From: Actinomycetota bacterium
GTDB lineage: Bacteria > Actinomycetota > Thermoleophilia > BMS3ABIN01
Assembly (NCBI GenBank): GCA_023489275.1
Contig: JAMDDD010000006.1
Span: 29,504-93,503 of the forward strand
Length of the DNA stretch: 64,000 nucleotides
Direction of reading: 5' to 3'
The translations under genes and the position numbers were made by a program. The notes under the pieces are model-generated. The model made no database searches. It was given only the letters and a program-made list of their open reading frames with translations, and was not told the origin of the DNA. Below, piece by piece: positions 35,524 to 44,774 of the stretch; positions within the stretch are counted from its first letter, which is position 1, and every line of letters begins with the position of its first letter.

Positions 35524-37861
35524 GGACGTCGCCCTCTTTAATATCGTTGAAGTCTTCCAGGAGAACGCCGCATTCATAGCCCTCCTCGACTTCACGAGTG
35601 TCTTCTTTAAACCGTTTCAGGGAGGCCAGCTTGCCTTCCCAGACAATCGTGCCCTCACGCACCACGCGCACCTGCGCGTTGCGCGTTACTTTCCCCCGGG
35701 TGACATAGCAACCGGCGATGGTGCCCAGCCGGGAAGCCTTGAACGTCTGACGGACCTCCGCCTCGCCCAGTTCCTCCTCCACGTAAGTCGGCTCCAGCAT
35801 GCCGATCAAGGCGGCTTTGACGTCCTCGGTCACCTTGTAAATGACGCCATAGGTGCGCACGTCAATCCCCTCAATGTCGGCTACCGTCTTGGCAGCCGCA
35901 TTGGGACGGACATTAAAGCCGATCACAATCGCCTGCGAAGCAGCCGCCAGCATGACGTCGGATTCATTAATGGCGCCAACGCCGCTGTGGATGATGTTGA
36001 CCTTGACCGCTTCATGCTTGATCTGCCTGAGCGCCTCTTCCAGCGCCTCAACCGATCCGGCCACGTCCGCCTTGACGATCAGGTTCAGGTCCTTGACCTC
36101 ACCCTGTTTTATCTTGGCAAAAACATCATCGAGAGTAAATGCGCGCCGCTTGGCCAGCATCTCTGCCTTAAGCCGGTCCGAGCGCTGGCTGGCCAGAATG
36201 CGGGCGCGCCGTTCGTCTTCGACGACGCGGGTATATTCGCCCGCCTGCGGAATGGAGTCAAAACCGAGAATCTCCACCGGCACCGAAGGCCCGGCTTCCT
36301 TGAGCGGCCTGCCCTTGAAGTCATTCATCGCCTTCACCTTGCCCGACGCCTGCCCGGCCACGATGGCGTCCCCTACATGGAGCGTGCCCCGGTTGATCAG
36401 CACGGTGGCGACGACGCCGCGACCGGGATCAAGCTTTGATTCAATCACCACGCCACTGGCGCGCGCGCTCGGGTTTGCTTTCAGCTCCTGCACCTCGGAC
36501 ACCAGCAGGATCATTTCCATCAGGCTATCGAGGCCGATGCGCTGCTTGGCGCTCACATCGGCGAAGATGGTATCGCCGCCCCAGTCTTCCGGGATCAGTC
36601 CTTGCTCGGAGAGCTCCTGCCGGACCCGGTCGGGGTTTGCTTCCGGCTTGTCGATCTTGTTGACGGCCACGACCACCGGGACGCCGGCCGCCTTCGAGTG
36701 GTCGATCGCCTCTATCGTCTGCGGCATGACGCCGTCATCGGCCGCCACCACCAGCACGGCCACGTCAGTCACTTTGGCGCCGCGGGCTCGCATTGCCGTA
36801 AATGCTTCATGACCGGGAGTATCCAGGAAGGTAATCTTCTTGCCGCCGTGCTCAACCTGGTAGGCGCCGATGTGCTGCGTGATCCCGCCCACTTCGGTCG
36901 CGGTCACCTCGGTCTCACGGATGGCGTCAAGCAGTGAGGTCTTGCCGTGATCAACGTGACCCATAATGGTTACCACCGGGGCGCGCGGAACAAGATCTTC
37001 CGGATTATCAACGACCTCGGCCTGCACCTCCTCGTCGGCGGCGTGGACTATTTCCACCTTGCGGCCGATGTCATCGGCAAGCGTGGTCACGGCCTCGTCG
37101 CTGAGCGATTGAGTTATGGTCGCCATCTCTCCGTAACTCATCAGCCGCTTCATGATATCGGCGGTGGAAGATCCGAGCAGTGACGCGAGCTCTTTGACCG
37201 TAACGCCGGAATTGACTTTGACCGCCTCGCCGTGATCGGCCGGCGCCGGCGCTTCCACCGGACGTTCGACAACTGCAGTGGCCTCTTTCCGGCCGCCTTT
37301 GTGGCGGACACGCTGATGCCGGCCGGAGGGCACAAAGCTCCGCCGCTTGGCGGCGCTGGGATCGATGATGACGCGGCGGCGCTTGCCCTGGGCAGCCGCG
37401 GGCACGGGCGCCTTGCGCAGTTTCTTGGGCGGGTTGGAGACGCCTGCCGGTTTCGGCCGGGCGCCGCCGTTGCCGCGCGTAGTTTCGGTTCTGGCGGCCG
37501 GTGGAGCCGCTTTTGCCGCAGCTGCCGTGTTTGTTACCGGCTGTTTCGGCCGGGAGGCGCCGGCTTTTGCACCGTCACGGACCCTGGCCTGCTTTTTAGC
37601 AGCCGCATCCGGCAAGACCGGGCGGCTTTCCGCCGCTTTTTTGGAACCTGCGGCCGGTTCCTTGCCGGCGGCCGGTTTGGGCGGCGCTTTTGTCTTTGAC
37701 GCCGGAGCGCCGGAGCCATCCAGCGCTTTACGGGCGGCGGCCTCATCGACGCTGGCGAAATTGCCGCTTACGCTCATCCCGGCGCGCTTTAGCCGCTCGA
37801 CCACCTCGGCGGTAGCAAGGCCAGATTCTTTCGCTATCTCATAAACTCTCTTTTTTGTCAT
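35486..37861 (-). CDS. infB: Translation initiation factor IF-2
   Basis: 791-aa ORF. G-domain motifs GHVDHGKTSLLD, DTPGH and NKID. Ala/Pro/Lys-rich N-terminal region. Confidence 0.95.
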   Translation of the reverse strand: MTKKRVYEIAKESGLATAEVVERLKRAGMSVSGNFASVDEAAARKALDGSGAPASKTKAPPKPAAGKEPAAGSKKAAESRPVLPDAAAKKQARVRDGAKAGASRPKQPVTNTAAAAKAAPPAARTETTRGNGGARPKPAGVSNPPKKLRKAPVPAAAQGKRRRVIIDPSAAKRRSFVPSGRHQRVRHKGGRKEATAVVERPVEAPAPADHGEAVKVNSGVTVKELASLLGSSTADIMKRLMSYGEMATITQSLSDEAVTTLADDIGRKVEIVHAADEEVQAEVVDNPEDLVPRAPVVTIMGHVDHGKTSLLDAIRETEVTATEVGGITQHIGAYQVEHGGKKITFLDTPGHEAFTAMRARGAKVTDVAVLVVAADDGVMPQTIEAIDHSKAAGVPVVVAVNKIDKPEANPDRVRQELSEQGLIPEDWGGDTIFADVSAKQRIGLDSLMEMILLVSEVQELKANPSARASGVVIESKLDPGRGVVATVLINRGTLHVGDAIVAGQASGKVKAMNDFKGRPLKEAGPSVPVEILGFDSIPQAGEYTRVVEDERRARILASQRSDRLKAEMLAKRRAFTLDDVFAKIKQGEVKDLNLIVKADVAGSVEALEEALRQIKHEAVKVNIIHSGVGAINESDVMLAAASQAIVIGFNVRPNAAAKTVADIEGIDVRTYGVIYKVTEDVKAALIGMLEPTYVEEELGEAEVRQTFKASRLGTIAGCYVTRGKVTRNAQVRVVREGTIVWEGKLASLKRFKEDTREVEEGYECGVLLEDFNDIKEGDVLEFYQTKEVKPG

Positions 37862-38162
37862 GATTATTCCGCAACCTCAAAAAATGCTCGAAATCTTGCT
37901 TGAGCCCGGGAGAAACAGCCGCCGCCCGAAGTCGCCGGGTCAGCGCGTTTTTCTTCATTGCTTTACCAAAGCAAACCGGATTGGGGCAAATGTAGGCTCC
38001 CCTGCCGCCGCTCCGATCCTTGTCCCCCGAGCCGGGGTCTATTCCAACAATCCGGCCGGAAACCTCACCAAACACAGTAAACCTGACCAGCGACGCTTTG
38101 GCAAATTTACCGCCGCAACCGGCGCAGGTACGCAGCGGCACGTGGCCGCGGCCTGCAGTCAA
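37839..38162 (-). CDS. ylxR: YlxR/RnpM-like (DUF448) RNA-binding protein
   Basis: 107-aa ORF with the motif PLRTCAGCGGKFAKASLVRF and ...GRGAYICP.... Located between nusA and infB. Confidence 0.8.
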   Translation of the reverse strand: MTAGRGHVPLRTCAGCGGKFAKASLVRFTVFGEVSGRIVGIDPGSGDKDRSGGRGAYICPNPVCFGKAMKKNALTRRLRAAAVSPGLKQDFEHFLRLRNNHDKKESL

Positions 38163-38164
38163 TT

Positions 38165-39625
38165 TCAGGATCCAGGCTCGGCCGTCGGCGTCCCGCCCGG
38201 ACCGGTCTTGCCGGCCGGCGTGTTTGCTCCGGCAGCGACCTCCTGGCCATCATCCTCCTGGCCGTCAACGGGCGCCACTCCTTCCCCTTCCGCGGCAGTA
38301 TCCGCAGCATCCGGCTCCTCATCGGGGGCCGTCTCGCCGGCCACTCCCGCGGCATCTTCCGCGTCCAGCGCCGCCGCTTCCTCGGCAAGCTTCTGGTGCG
38401 CCGGAATGCCGCAATAGCGGCTGCCGGCGAGCGCTGCATTCGGGCAGCGCTTGCCTCCCTTGGTCAGAGCGCAGCAGCGGCCCGCCAGCTCCTCGGCCTC
38501 CTCGTCGGAAAAGGCCATTACCGATTCCTCCTCCGACATCTGGCTTTCGCTCTTAATGTCAATCCGCCATCCGGTAAGCTTGTTGGCCAGTCGGGCATTT
38601 TGCCCTTCCTTGCCAATTGCCAGTGACAGCTGGTCATCCGGAACCACGACCGTGGCAGATTTTTCCTCATCGTCAACGAGAACCTCGCGCACCATTGCCG
38701 GGCTGAGAGCCTTGGCAACAAAACGGGCGGGCTCATCGTTGTAAGGAATGATGTCGATCTTCTCGCCCCGCAGTTCGCTGACAACCATCCGCACCCGTGA
38801 GCCTCGCGGTCCGACGCATGCTCCCACCGGATCGATACCCTCTTCGCGCGATTCGACGGCGATCTTGGAGCGGTAACCGGGCTCCCGGGCAATATTTCTG
38901 ATGATGACCAGGCCGTCGGCGACCTCGGGCACTTCCAGCTCAAACAGTTTGCGGATGAGTTCTTCGCTGCGGCGGGACACGATCACCTGCGGTCCCTTGC
39001 TATGCTCACGCACATCGACGATCACGGCCTTGATCCGCGAACCGTGGTCGTAACGCTCGTGATCGACCTGTTCGCTCTCGGGCAGCAGAGCCTCTACCTT
39101 GCCCAGGTCTACCAGAGTATAGCGCTGGTCGCTTTGCTGCACGATGCCGGTGACGATCTCACCGATGCGGCCGGCGTATTCATCGTACATCATATCGCGC
39201 TCGGCCTCGCGAATCCTTTGAAAGATGACCTGCTTGGCAGTTTGCGCCGCAATGCGGCCGAAGTCCTCCGGCGTTTCCACCGGCACTTTCTCAATCTCGC
39301 TCTCGTCGTACATCGAGAGATCGAATTCTTCTTCCGCTTCTGCTTCCGCTTCAGACTCTTCCGCTTCCTCGCCGGGCGCGGGCACGGCCGCCGCCGGCCG
39401 CTCCGGCAAGATCAGCTCGAAAATTCTGATCTCGCCGTCCCCGGGATCAATCTCGACCTTGGCGTGCTCAGCGGCGCCCGGAGTCTTCTTGTAAGCAGAA
39501 AGAAGAGCATCCTCCAGAGCGGCCAGCAGCACCGTGAAGCTAATCCCTTTCTCTTCTTCCATGGCCCTGAGGGCCTCAACGATTTCCTTGCTCACTTTGG
39601 ACTCCTTTATCTCCCAGCCTGCCAC
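38165..39625 (-). CDS. nusA: Transcription termination/antitermination factor NusA (with acidic insert and C-terminal Cys-His/acidic extension)
   Basis: 486-aa ORF with NTD, S1 ([12 protein letters not shown]...) and KH1/KH2 ([24 protein letters not shown]), followed by an extra C-terminal ~130 aa. Confidence 0.95.
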   Translation of the reverse strand: MAGWEIKESKVSKEIVEALRAMEEEKGISFTVLLAALEDALLSAYKKTPGAAEHAKVEIDPGDGEIRIFELILPERPAAAVPAPGEEAEESEAEAEAEEEFDLSMYDESEIEKVPVETPEDFGRIAAQTAKQVIFQRIREAERDMMYDEYAGRIGEIVTGIVQQSDQRYTLVDLGKVEALLPESEQVDHERYDHGSRIKAVIVDVREHSKGPQVIVSRRSEELIRKLFELEVPEVADGLVIIRNIAREPGYRSKIAVESREEGIDPVGACVGPRGSRVRMVVSELRGEKIDIIPYNDEPARFVAKALSPAMVREVLVDDEEKSATVVVPDDQLSLAIGKEGQNARLANKLTGWRIDIKSESQMSEEESVMAFSDEEAEELAGRCCALTKGGKRCPNAALAGSRYCGIPAHQKLAEEAAALDAEDAAGVAGETAPDEEPDAADTAAEGEGVAPVDGQEDDGQEVAAGANTPAGKTGPGGTPTAEPGS

Positions 39626-39634
39626 AAATTGTGA

Positions 39635-40141
39635 TCAACGGCCTTTCTTTTTCCTCTTCCCGCTGCCAGACGGCACCTGTTTGCCAAACTCAAAAACCGT
39701 GCGCGCCCGCGATATCTCCGAAAGCGGTATTGAAACCTCATGTCCGCTTCCATCCAGACTCATTGTCAGGAACTGGCTGTCTGATGAAACTAAAAAACCG
39801 GTGAAGTTCCGTTGTCCTTGCACCGGGCCAAATGTTCTTACATTGATCTTTTTTCCAGCCGCCGCCTGAAAGTGCTCTGGCTTGCGCAGCCGTCTTTCCA
39901 GCCCCGGAGAGGAAACCTCTACCCTGTTATCCCGCAGATACCCGGCCAGCAGGCCAGTCACGCGAGCGCAAAGGGAATGGCTTACTCCGTCTGGATGGTC
40001 GATGAACACCCGCAGGATCCGATTGCCGCGGTTGCCCCCGCTACCACCGACTTCTACGTCAACAACTTCCACCTCAGGCAAATTCTCCGCCAGAGTCCGC
40101 TCAACATCAGCAATTATTGACGCCTTGCTCACCGCAAACAC
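39635..40141 (-). CDS. rimP: Ribosome maturation factor RimP
   Basis: ...LRVFIDHPDGVSHSLCARVT...VEVSSPGLERRL... is the RimP pattern, and the gene lies upstream of nusA. GTG start at 40141 or 40132 proposed; the ORF is open to 40288. Confidence 0.8.
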   Translation of the reverse strand: MFAVSKASIIADVERTLAENLPEVEVVDVEVGGSGGNRGNRILRVFIDHPDGVSHSLCARVTGLLAGYLRDNRVEVSSPGLERRLRKPEHFQAAAGKKINVRTFGPVQGQRNFTGFLVSSDSQFLTMSLDGSGHEVSIPLSEISRARTVFEFGKQVPSGSGKRKKKGR

Positions 40142-40324
40142 AAATTCCTTCGGAGGCGCCGGGCGGCGCTCGGGCGCCACACCGGCAAAAAACCACGCCC
40201 CTGACAAATAAAAAGTGGGTACAAAACCCACTCCGAAAGAAACCTCGCAGTTTAGTGAAATTATATCACTGACGAAAAACACCCGCAAGTAACGGCGGGA
40301 TTGCCACGCCTGTCCACGGTAAGG

Positions 40325-40352
40325 AAAAATCCCTGAAAATGACGGGATTTTT
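40325..40352 (-). terminator. Hairpin terminator overlapping the rhomboid stop codon
   Basis: AAAAATCCC-N10-GGGATTTTT: a 9-bp perfect stem flanked by A/T runs on both sides, so potentially bidirectional. Confidence 0.5.
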
Positions 40353-41079
40353 ATCCCTGCTCATTGGGCGCGCGAGGAGCCCGGCAGTATCGCTGCTTCT
40401 CGTTGACGCACTGCCTTCCCATTGTAAACAATTTAATGGTCAGAAGTCCCGCCGCAAAACCTCCGATATGGGCGAAATAAGCCACCCCTCCGGCATTGAT
40501 CCCTCCGTAACCAAATGCTCCCGAGATAAGTTGGAGCACGATCCAGAACACCAGCACGATTACAGCCGGCAATTCAATGAAAGTAAAAAAGATTCCTAAA
40601 AAGACAAGAGTTAAAACTTTTGCCCGGGGAAACAGGAGCAGGTAGGCTCCAAGGACGCCGGCGATGGCGCCGCTGGCGCCGATGTTGGGAGTGGTCGAAT
40701 CCGGAATCACGGCAATCTGGGCGGCGCTGGCCGCCAGCCCGCAAATCAGATAAAAGACCAAAAACCGTCCCCGGCCCATGGAATCCTCGACGTTGTTGCC
40801 GAAGATCCATAAAAACAGCATGTTGCCGCCAATGTGCAGCCAGCCCCCATGAACGAACATGGAGGTGAAGATGGTCAGAAATACGGGGAAGCTGCGGCTG
40901 ATGAGCGAAACCCCATGCGTGATCTCGAAGGGCGTCATGCCGTACTGCATGAAAAAAAAGTTCTGCTGATGCGAGCCCAGGCTGAGCTCGTAAATAAATA
41001 CCACGGCGTTGGCTGCGATTAGCAGTACCGTGACAATGGGGAAACGCGCCGTGGGAATGTTGTCTTTAAGCGGCAGCAA
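40351..41079 (-). CDS. Rhomboid-family intramembrane serine protease
   Basis: 242-aa polytopic ORF with motifs FVHGGWLHIGGNMLFLW, GASGAIAGVLGAY (GxSG) and AHIGGF. Confidence 0.85.
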   Translation of the reverse strand: MLPLKDNIPTARFPIVTVLLIAANAVVFIYELSLGSHQQNFFFMQYGMTPFEITHGVSLISRSFPVFLTIFTSMFVHGGWLHIGGNMLFLWIFGNNVEDSMGRGRFLVFYLICGLAASAAQIAVIPDSTTPNIGASGAIAGVLGAYLLLFPRAKVLTLVFLGIFFTFIELPAVIVLVFWIVLQLISGAFGYGGINAGGVAYFAHIGGFAAGLLTIKLFTMGRQCVNEKQRYCRAPRAPNEQG

Positions 41080-41674
41080 TTGATATCAATTATACTCCTG
41101 GTAATCAAATTGAATCCGGTTTACCGCACGAAGGAAGAATATCAGAATCAAGCAAGGAAGTGGGGCAGGCTCCGCTGCCGGATGAATCTTACAGCCGGCA
41201 GGGCCGGACCGGCATCTTAAACAGCCGTCGTACCAGGCCGGTCCGATACGGGGCAGGTACACTTCACTGCCGGCGAAATCAGTAACAGACACCGGGCCGG
41301 GCCGATTTTGATCCGGCCAGACTTGACTCCGCTGCCGGCGAAATGTGCCCTGGAGCTCCCGGCAGGTAATTCGTTTCAAGGCAAGCGAACCGGCTACAAA
41401 ACCGGATAATGGATATTGGTGCTGGGAGTTGACATTAGGTTATACAAGATAAAGGTTAATGGTCTTGAACTTGCTCAGGAAGCGCCCGAGCATGGTCATG
41501 CCGAGGCAGCGTTCGGGATGACAGTTTTCGTTATCCTGAGCCAATAGAATGATTAGTCAATTGAATGAGCATATATGGACCTCCCGTCAAGAGACTCCCG
41601 GCAGAGTGGATCTGGATTGCACCCATACATCCGGCTTGGCGGAGGAGTCCATTTCATCAGTTAAATTTTGGTTT

Positions 41675-41695
41675 ATCCAAAATCCAGAATCCAAA
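41675..41695. repeat. 7-nt periodic tract T11
   Basis: ATCCAAA|ATCCAGA|ATCCAAA, just 3' of the beta-propeller gene stop. Confidence 0.7.
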
Positions 41696-41707
41696 TCTGC
41701 TTTATTG

Positions 41708-43813
41708 CTACTGATCAGGCTCCCGTGCGGGGAACAACAAATCGGTGCCGGCATCATCCTTGCACCGGGCCTGTAAAGTAGTCCGGAACCTTAAGATCCC
41801 CTCGGGTACGTAGTAACGCATCGCCACCTCCTGAAAAGCGCCAGGCATCATCGTCGCAATAGTTTCCGGCGTGTTGCTTAACCAGTTTACCTCGCCCGGG
41901 CTGGTCGACATATTTGCCAGTGACACATCTTCAGCCGGACCGGCTCCTTCGTTGACGAGACCATAGACAACCGTAAGCTGCCGCGACGCATATTCTTGCA
42001 GGCTGTCCCAGCGAACCGAATCCATCGACAGCGACAACTCGGGTTGAGCGGGAGGCGCGATTAACTCGGCGCCGTAAATATCCCAGCCACCATTGCGATT
42101 GTCCTGCCAGACTATCTTGTTGCCTTTGATGACTGGGTTGATCTGATCTCCCGCCGCCACGCAGACGGGCTGCTCAACACCTGTGGACAAGTCCTTGAGA
42201 TAAATGTTCCAGTCATCAACCCAGTTGCCATCTGTATCGAAATATCCCCCGCGGTTGTCCTGATACACGAGCAAATTACCGCTAAGGGAAGGGTTAATCT
42301 GGTCTCCGGATTCCTGTACGGCTACATCTCCGAATGTATCGGAGTCCGCCAGAAAGATATGCCATTTTTCTCCCGGCGCATTTGTTTTTTGTTGATATGC
42401 TACCCTTCCGTTGCTAATTGTTGGATTTCTGCGCAGGTAGCGTGAACCTCCGTCCGGCGCCTCGCCGCCCCCGGTTTTTGTCAGGTAGGTGCTGGTGCCG
42501 GTAGCGAGGTCATAAGCGGTGATCAGCGGTTCATAATACTTTCCGGCATAACCACGTTCTTTTACCCAGACAACCGTATTATTTTCGATATCGGGATCGT
42601 AACGCATGTTCGGCATATCATAACTGTCAAGCATGCGGCTGCGCATGGTGTCAAAATCCAGCAGCCGGATGGTGCTGCCGTTATCACTGATTACTGCCTT
42701 GCTGCCCGATAACGCTATTGAGGACGCCTCAGGCGCCGAAATGCAACGATCAGTTCCTCCGCCAGCCGGCCGCAGGCAACCGTCTCCCGCCGGAGTCTGC
42801 CAGGCCACGCCGCCATCCGCCGCGGCCGGGCCGGCCCAGAATCCTTCGCTCAATAACAGCTGCTCAGCGATATCGCCGCCGAAATTCTTTCTCATCAAGC
42901 TTTCCGACCCCGGCGTTCCCCGATCAAGATAGACAACATTATCGCCATCGAAAGAAGGCGATACCTGATCGCCGGCTTCGGTCGAAAGGGCAGTTTCGTG
43001 CACCAGCCACGGATCGTGGGTTTCCGCCTTTGACGTCGCGGGAAATTGCCAGCTCGCCCAGAAAATCAATCCGGAAACAATAAGGATAAACTTTAGCCTT
43101 AGTTTTGATGGAAACGACCGCTGGGTCAGGGCCGCCGAGCCAGCCGTCGCACTCAGCCGCGACAAGCGCCGGCTTGCTCTCTGGCGCCCGCGGAGCACTG
43201 GATTGTATGACGTGGAGTTTCCTGATGCGCATTGGCCAGAAAGCACACAATCGTGCAACCTGGAGTTCCACGAGGCCCAATTTCGCCGCATGTTCGTGGC
43301 AAAATGCATTTTTCCGCGGGGCCGCGTTTTCCCGCAGGCAACAACTCTGCCGCTTACTCCCTGGCGAATTAACCTGCCGGGGTCTCCCGCCCACCCGTCG
43401 ATTCCATCGTCTTCACTGGAAAAACGCGTCCGGGTCGAACCAAATTCAATTAAGTCATGCCCAATTTCGGCTTCACTCTCAAGCTCTGCCGGCTCCAGCT
43501 CTGCCGGCTCCAGCGCATCGTCAGCGATCTCACCGCTCCTGCTATCGATCTCGCCCCCGGTTCCATTGTCAGAAGAACCGCCGCGGGTCCGGGAGCGGTT
43601 GATATTGCGCTCCGGCGGCGGCGCATCAAGTCCTCGAGACGTGACTGGATTGGTCTCAGCGCCTTCGGCACCATCGCAAACTTTTGCTTCCGCGAAGATG
43701 AAATCTTTAAACTTCTTGCAGCTCTCCCCCAACAAGATTGGCTCACGAACTGCCAAACTCTCATTTCCCCTTGACAAGGCCCGTTTTTCTATTCCGGACA
43801 TCCGCCTCAACAT
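41708..43813 (-). CDS. Membrane-anchored beta-propeller-repeat surface protein (start uncertain)
   Basis: The ORF is open for 701 aa. The C-terminal ~420 aa carry repeated strands of the type P.IsGn.vVyqDnR.G.wDIY (ISNGRVAYQQ, LSGNLLVYQDNRGG, IKGNKIVWQDNRNGGWDIYG, IENNTVVWVKERG). A single TM/signal-like segment is present (FILIVSGLIFWASW). Internal ATGs at 43309 and 43291 are alternative starts. Confidence 0.6.
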   Translation of the reverse strand: MLRRMSGIEKRALSRGNESLAVREPILLGESCKKFKDFIFAEAKVCDGAEGAETNPVTSRGLDAPPPERNINRSRTRGGSSDNGTGGEIDSRSGEIADDALEPAELEPAELESEAEIGHDLIEFGSTRTRFSSEDDGIDGWAGDPGRLIRQGVSGRVVACGKTRPRGKMHFATNMRRNWASWNSRLHDCVLSGQCASGNSTSYNPVLRGRQRASRRLSRLSATAGSAALTQRSFPSKLRLKFILIVSGLIFWASWQFPATSKAETHDPWLVHETALSTEAGDQVSPSFDGDNVVYLDRGTPGSESLMRKNFGGDIAEQLLLSEGFWAGPAAADGGVAWQTPAGDGCLRPAGGGTDRCISAPEASSIALSGSKAVISDNGSTIRLLDFDTMRSRMLDSYDMPNMRYDPDIENNTVVWVKERGYAGKYYEPLITAYDLATGTSTYLTKTGGGEAPDGGSRYLRRNPTISNGRVAYQQKTNAPGEKWHIFLADSDTFGDVAVQESGDQINPSLSGNLLVYQDNRGGYFDTDGNWVDDWNIYLKDLSTGVEQPVCVAAGDQINPVIKGNKIVWQDNRNGGWDIYGAELIAPPAQPELSLSMDSVRWDSLQEYASRQLTVVYGLVNEGAGPAEDVSLANMSTSPGEVNWLSNTPETIATMMPGAFQEVAMRYYVPEGILRFRTTLQARCKDDAGTDLLFPAREPDQ

Positions 43814-44232
43814 CGCTCCTCACTTTCTCCACGCGTACGCAACATCCAGTGGCAAGGTACAAATACCCTTGCAACCACCGACTGTAATTCCCAGCCTGAG
43901 CCCAGCAATAGTCCAGATTATTCTTTTTTAGTTGGCACGAAGACGCTGCTTAAAGACAACCTCCTTTGCCTCGATCTTGATCACCTGGCAACAAATTTAT
44001 CATCTTCTCCTCGATTTTTAATCAAACTTTGGTTGTATTTTTTTTGTGCAAAAGTAGTATTTTTACAGGGAAGCAATTAACGGAGCCGCCGGGCCGGGGC
44101 CTCGACAGCCTAAGGCCTTGCCGGAACACTGAATTTAACCTCCGGATCCGCCGGGACCCCGGCCTTGCTTAATTACCGGATCCGCCGCCGGATTTTGATT
44201 TGGAATAAAAAATAAACTGGCTTGGAAAACTG

Positions 44233-44622
44233 ATGCTGATTGTAAGCGCCGCCGCGCTGGCGGCGTCGTTAAGCGCCTGCGGCTCCGGGTCAGGCAGACA
44301 ATCTCGGATGCAGACAGGCTTGACCGGAGCGGTTACCGTCCCGGCCGATGACCTCGCAGCCCGGCTGGCTGCCCAGACACAGCTCGAAACAGCGGCGGCG
44401 GATGAAGAATCATTTTTCCGCACTCACGATATTTACGCCGGCACGGCCGCCGAGCTGAAAAAAGAAGATCCCCGCCTGAGCCCGAAAGTCAAAGTAGTGA
44501 GCGGCAGCGTCGACGGGTTTGAGGTTGATATACAAGCCGGTGACTCAACCGGGACTGTTTTCATCATTCGCAAATCGGGAGATTTGACGCACCGGATTGA
44601 TAATCATCATAATTCATGGTAG
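44233..44622 (+). CDS. Hypothetical lipoprotein
   Basis: 129-aa ORF with a signal peptide and lipobox (MLIVSAAALAASLSAC|GSGSG). No other recognisable motif. Confidence 0.5.
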   Translation: MLIVSAAALAASLSACGSGSGRQSRMQTGLTGAVTVPADDLAARLAAQTQLETAAADEESFFRTHDIYAGTAAELKKEDPRLSPKVKVVSGSVDGFEVDIQAGDSTGTVFIIRKSGDLTHRIDNHHNSW

Positions 44623-44774
44623 GGAAAAAGCTGGCAGGACCAATCACGCTCGCTGGCTGAATGACCATGTCTGCCAGCATCAACTGGCTGCGGTGCGGCA
44701 AATACAGTTACCCGGCAGATCATCGCCGTCAAGGAAGATTATCGGCTTATGCCAGTTTACCGCGAGACGCCGCC

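Noticed and set aside
41086-41776. ORFs 41086..41379- and 41549..41776+ in the rhomboid/propeller spacer. Also a TTGACA box at 41429 and small hairpins at 41490-41545.
   Set aside because: No RBS, odd composition and no motifs. The hairpins could be a leader or sRNA, but I could not match them to any riboswitch class (the TPP-like CUGAG stretch is too weak).
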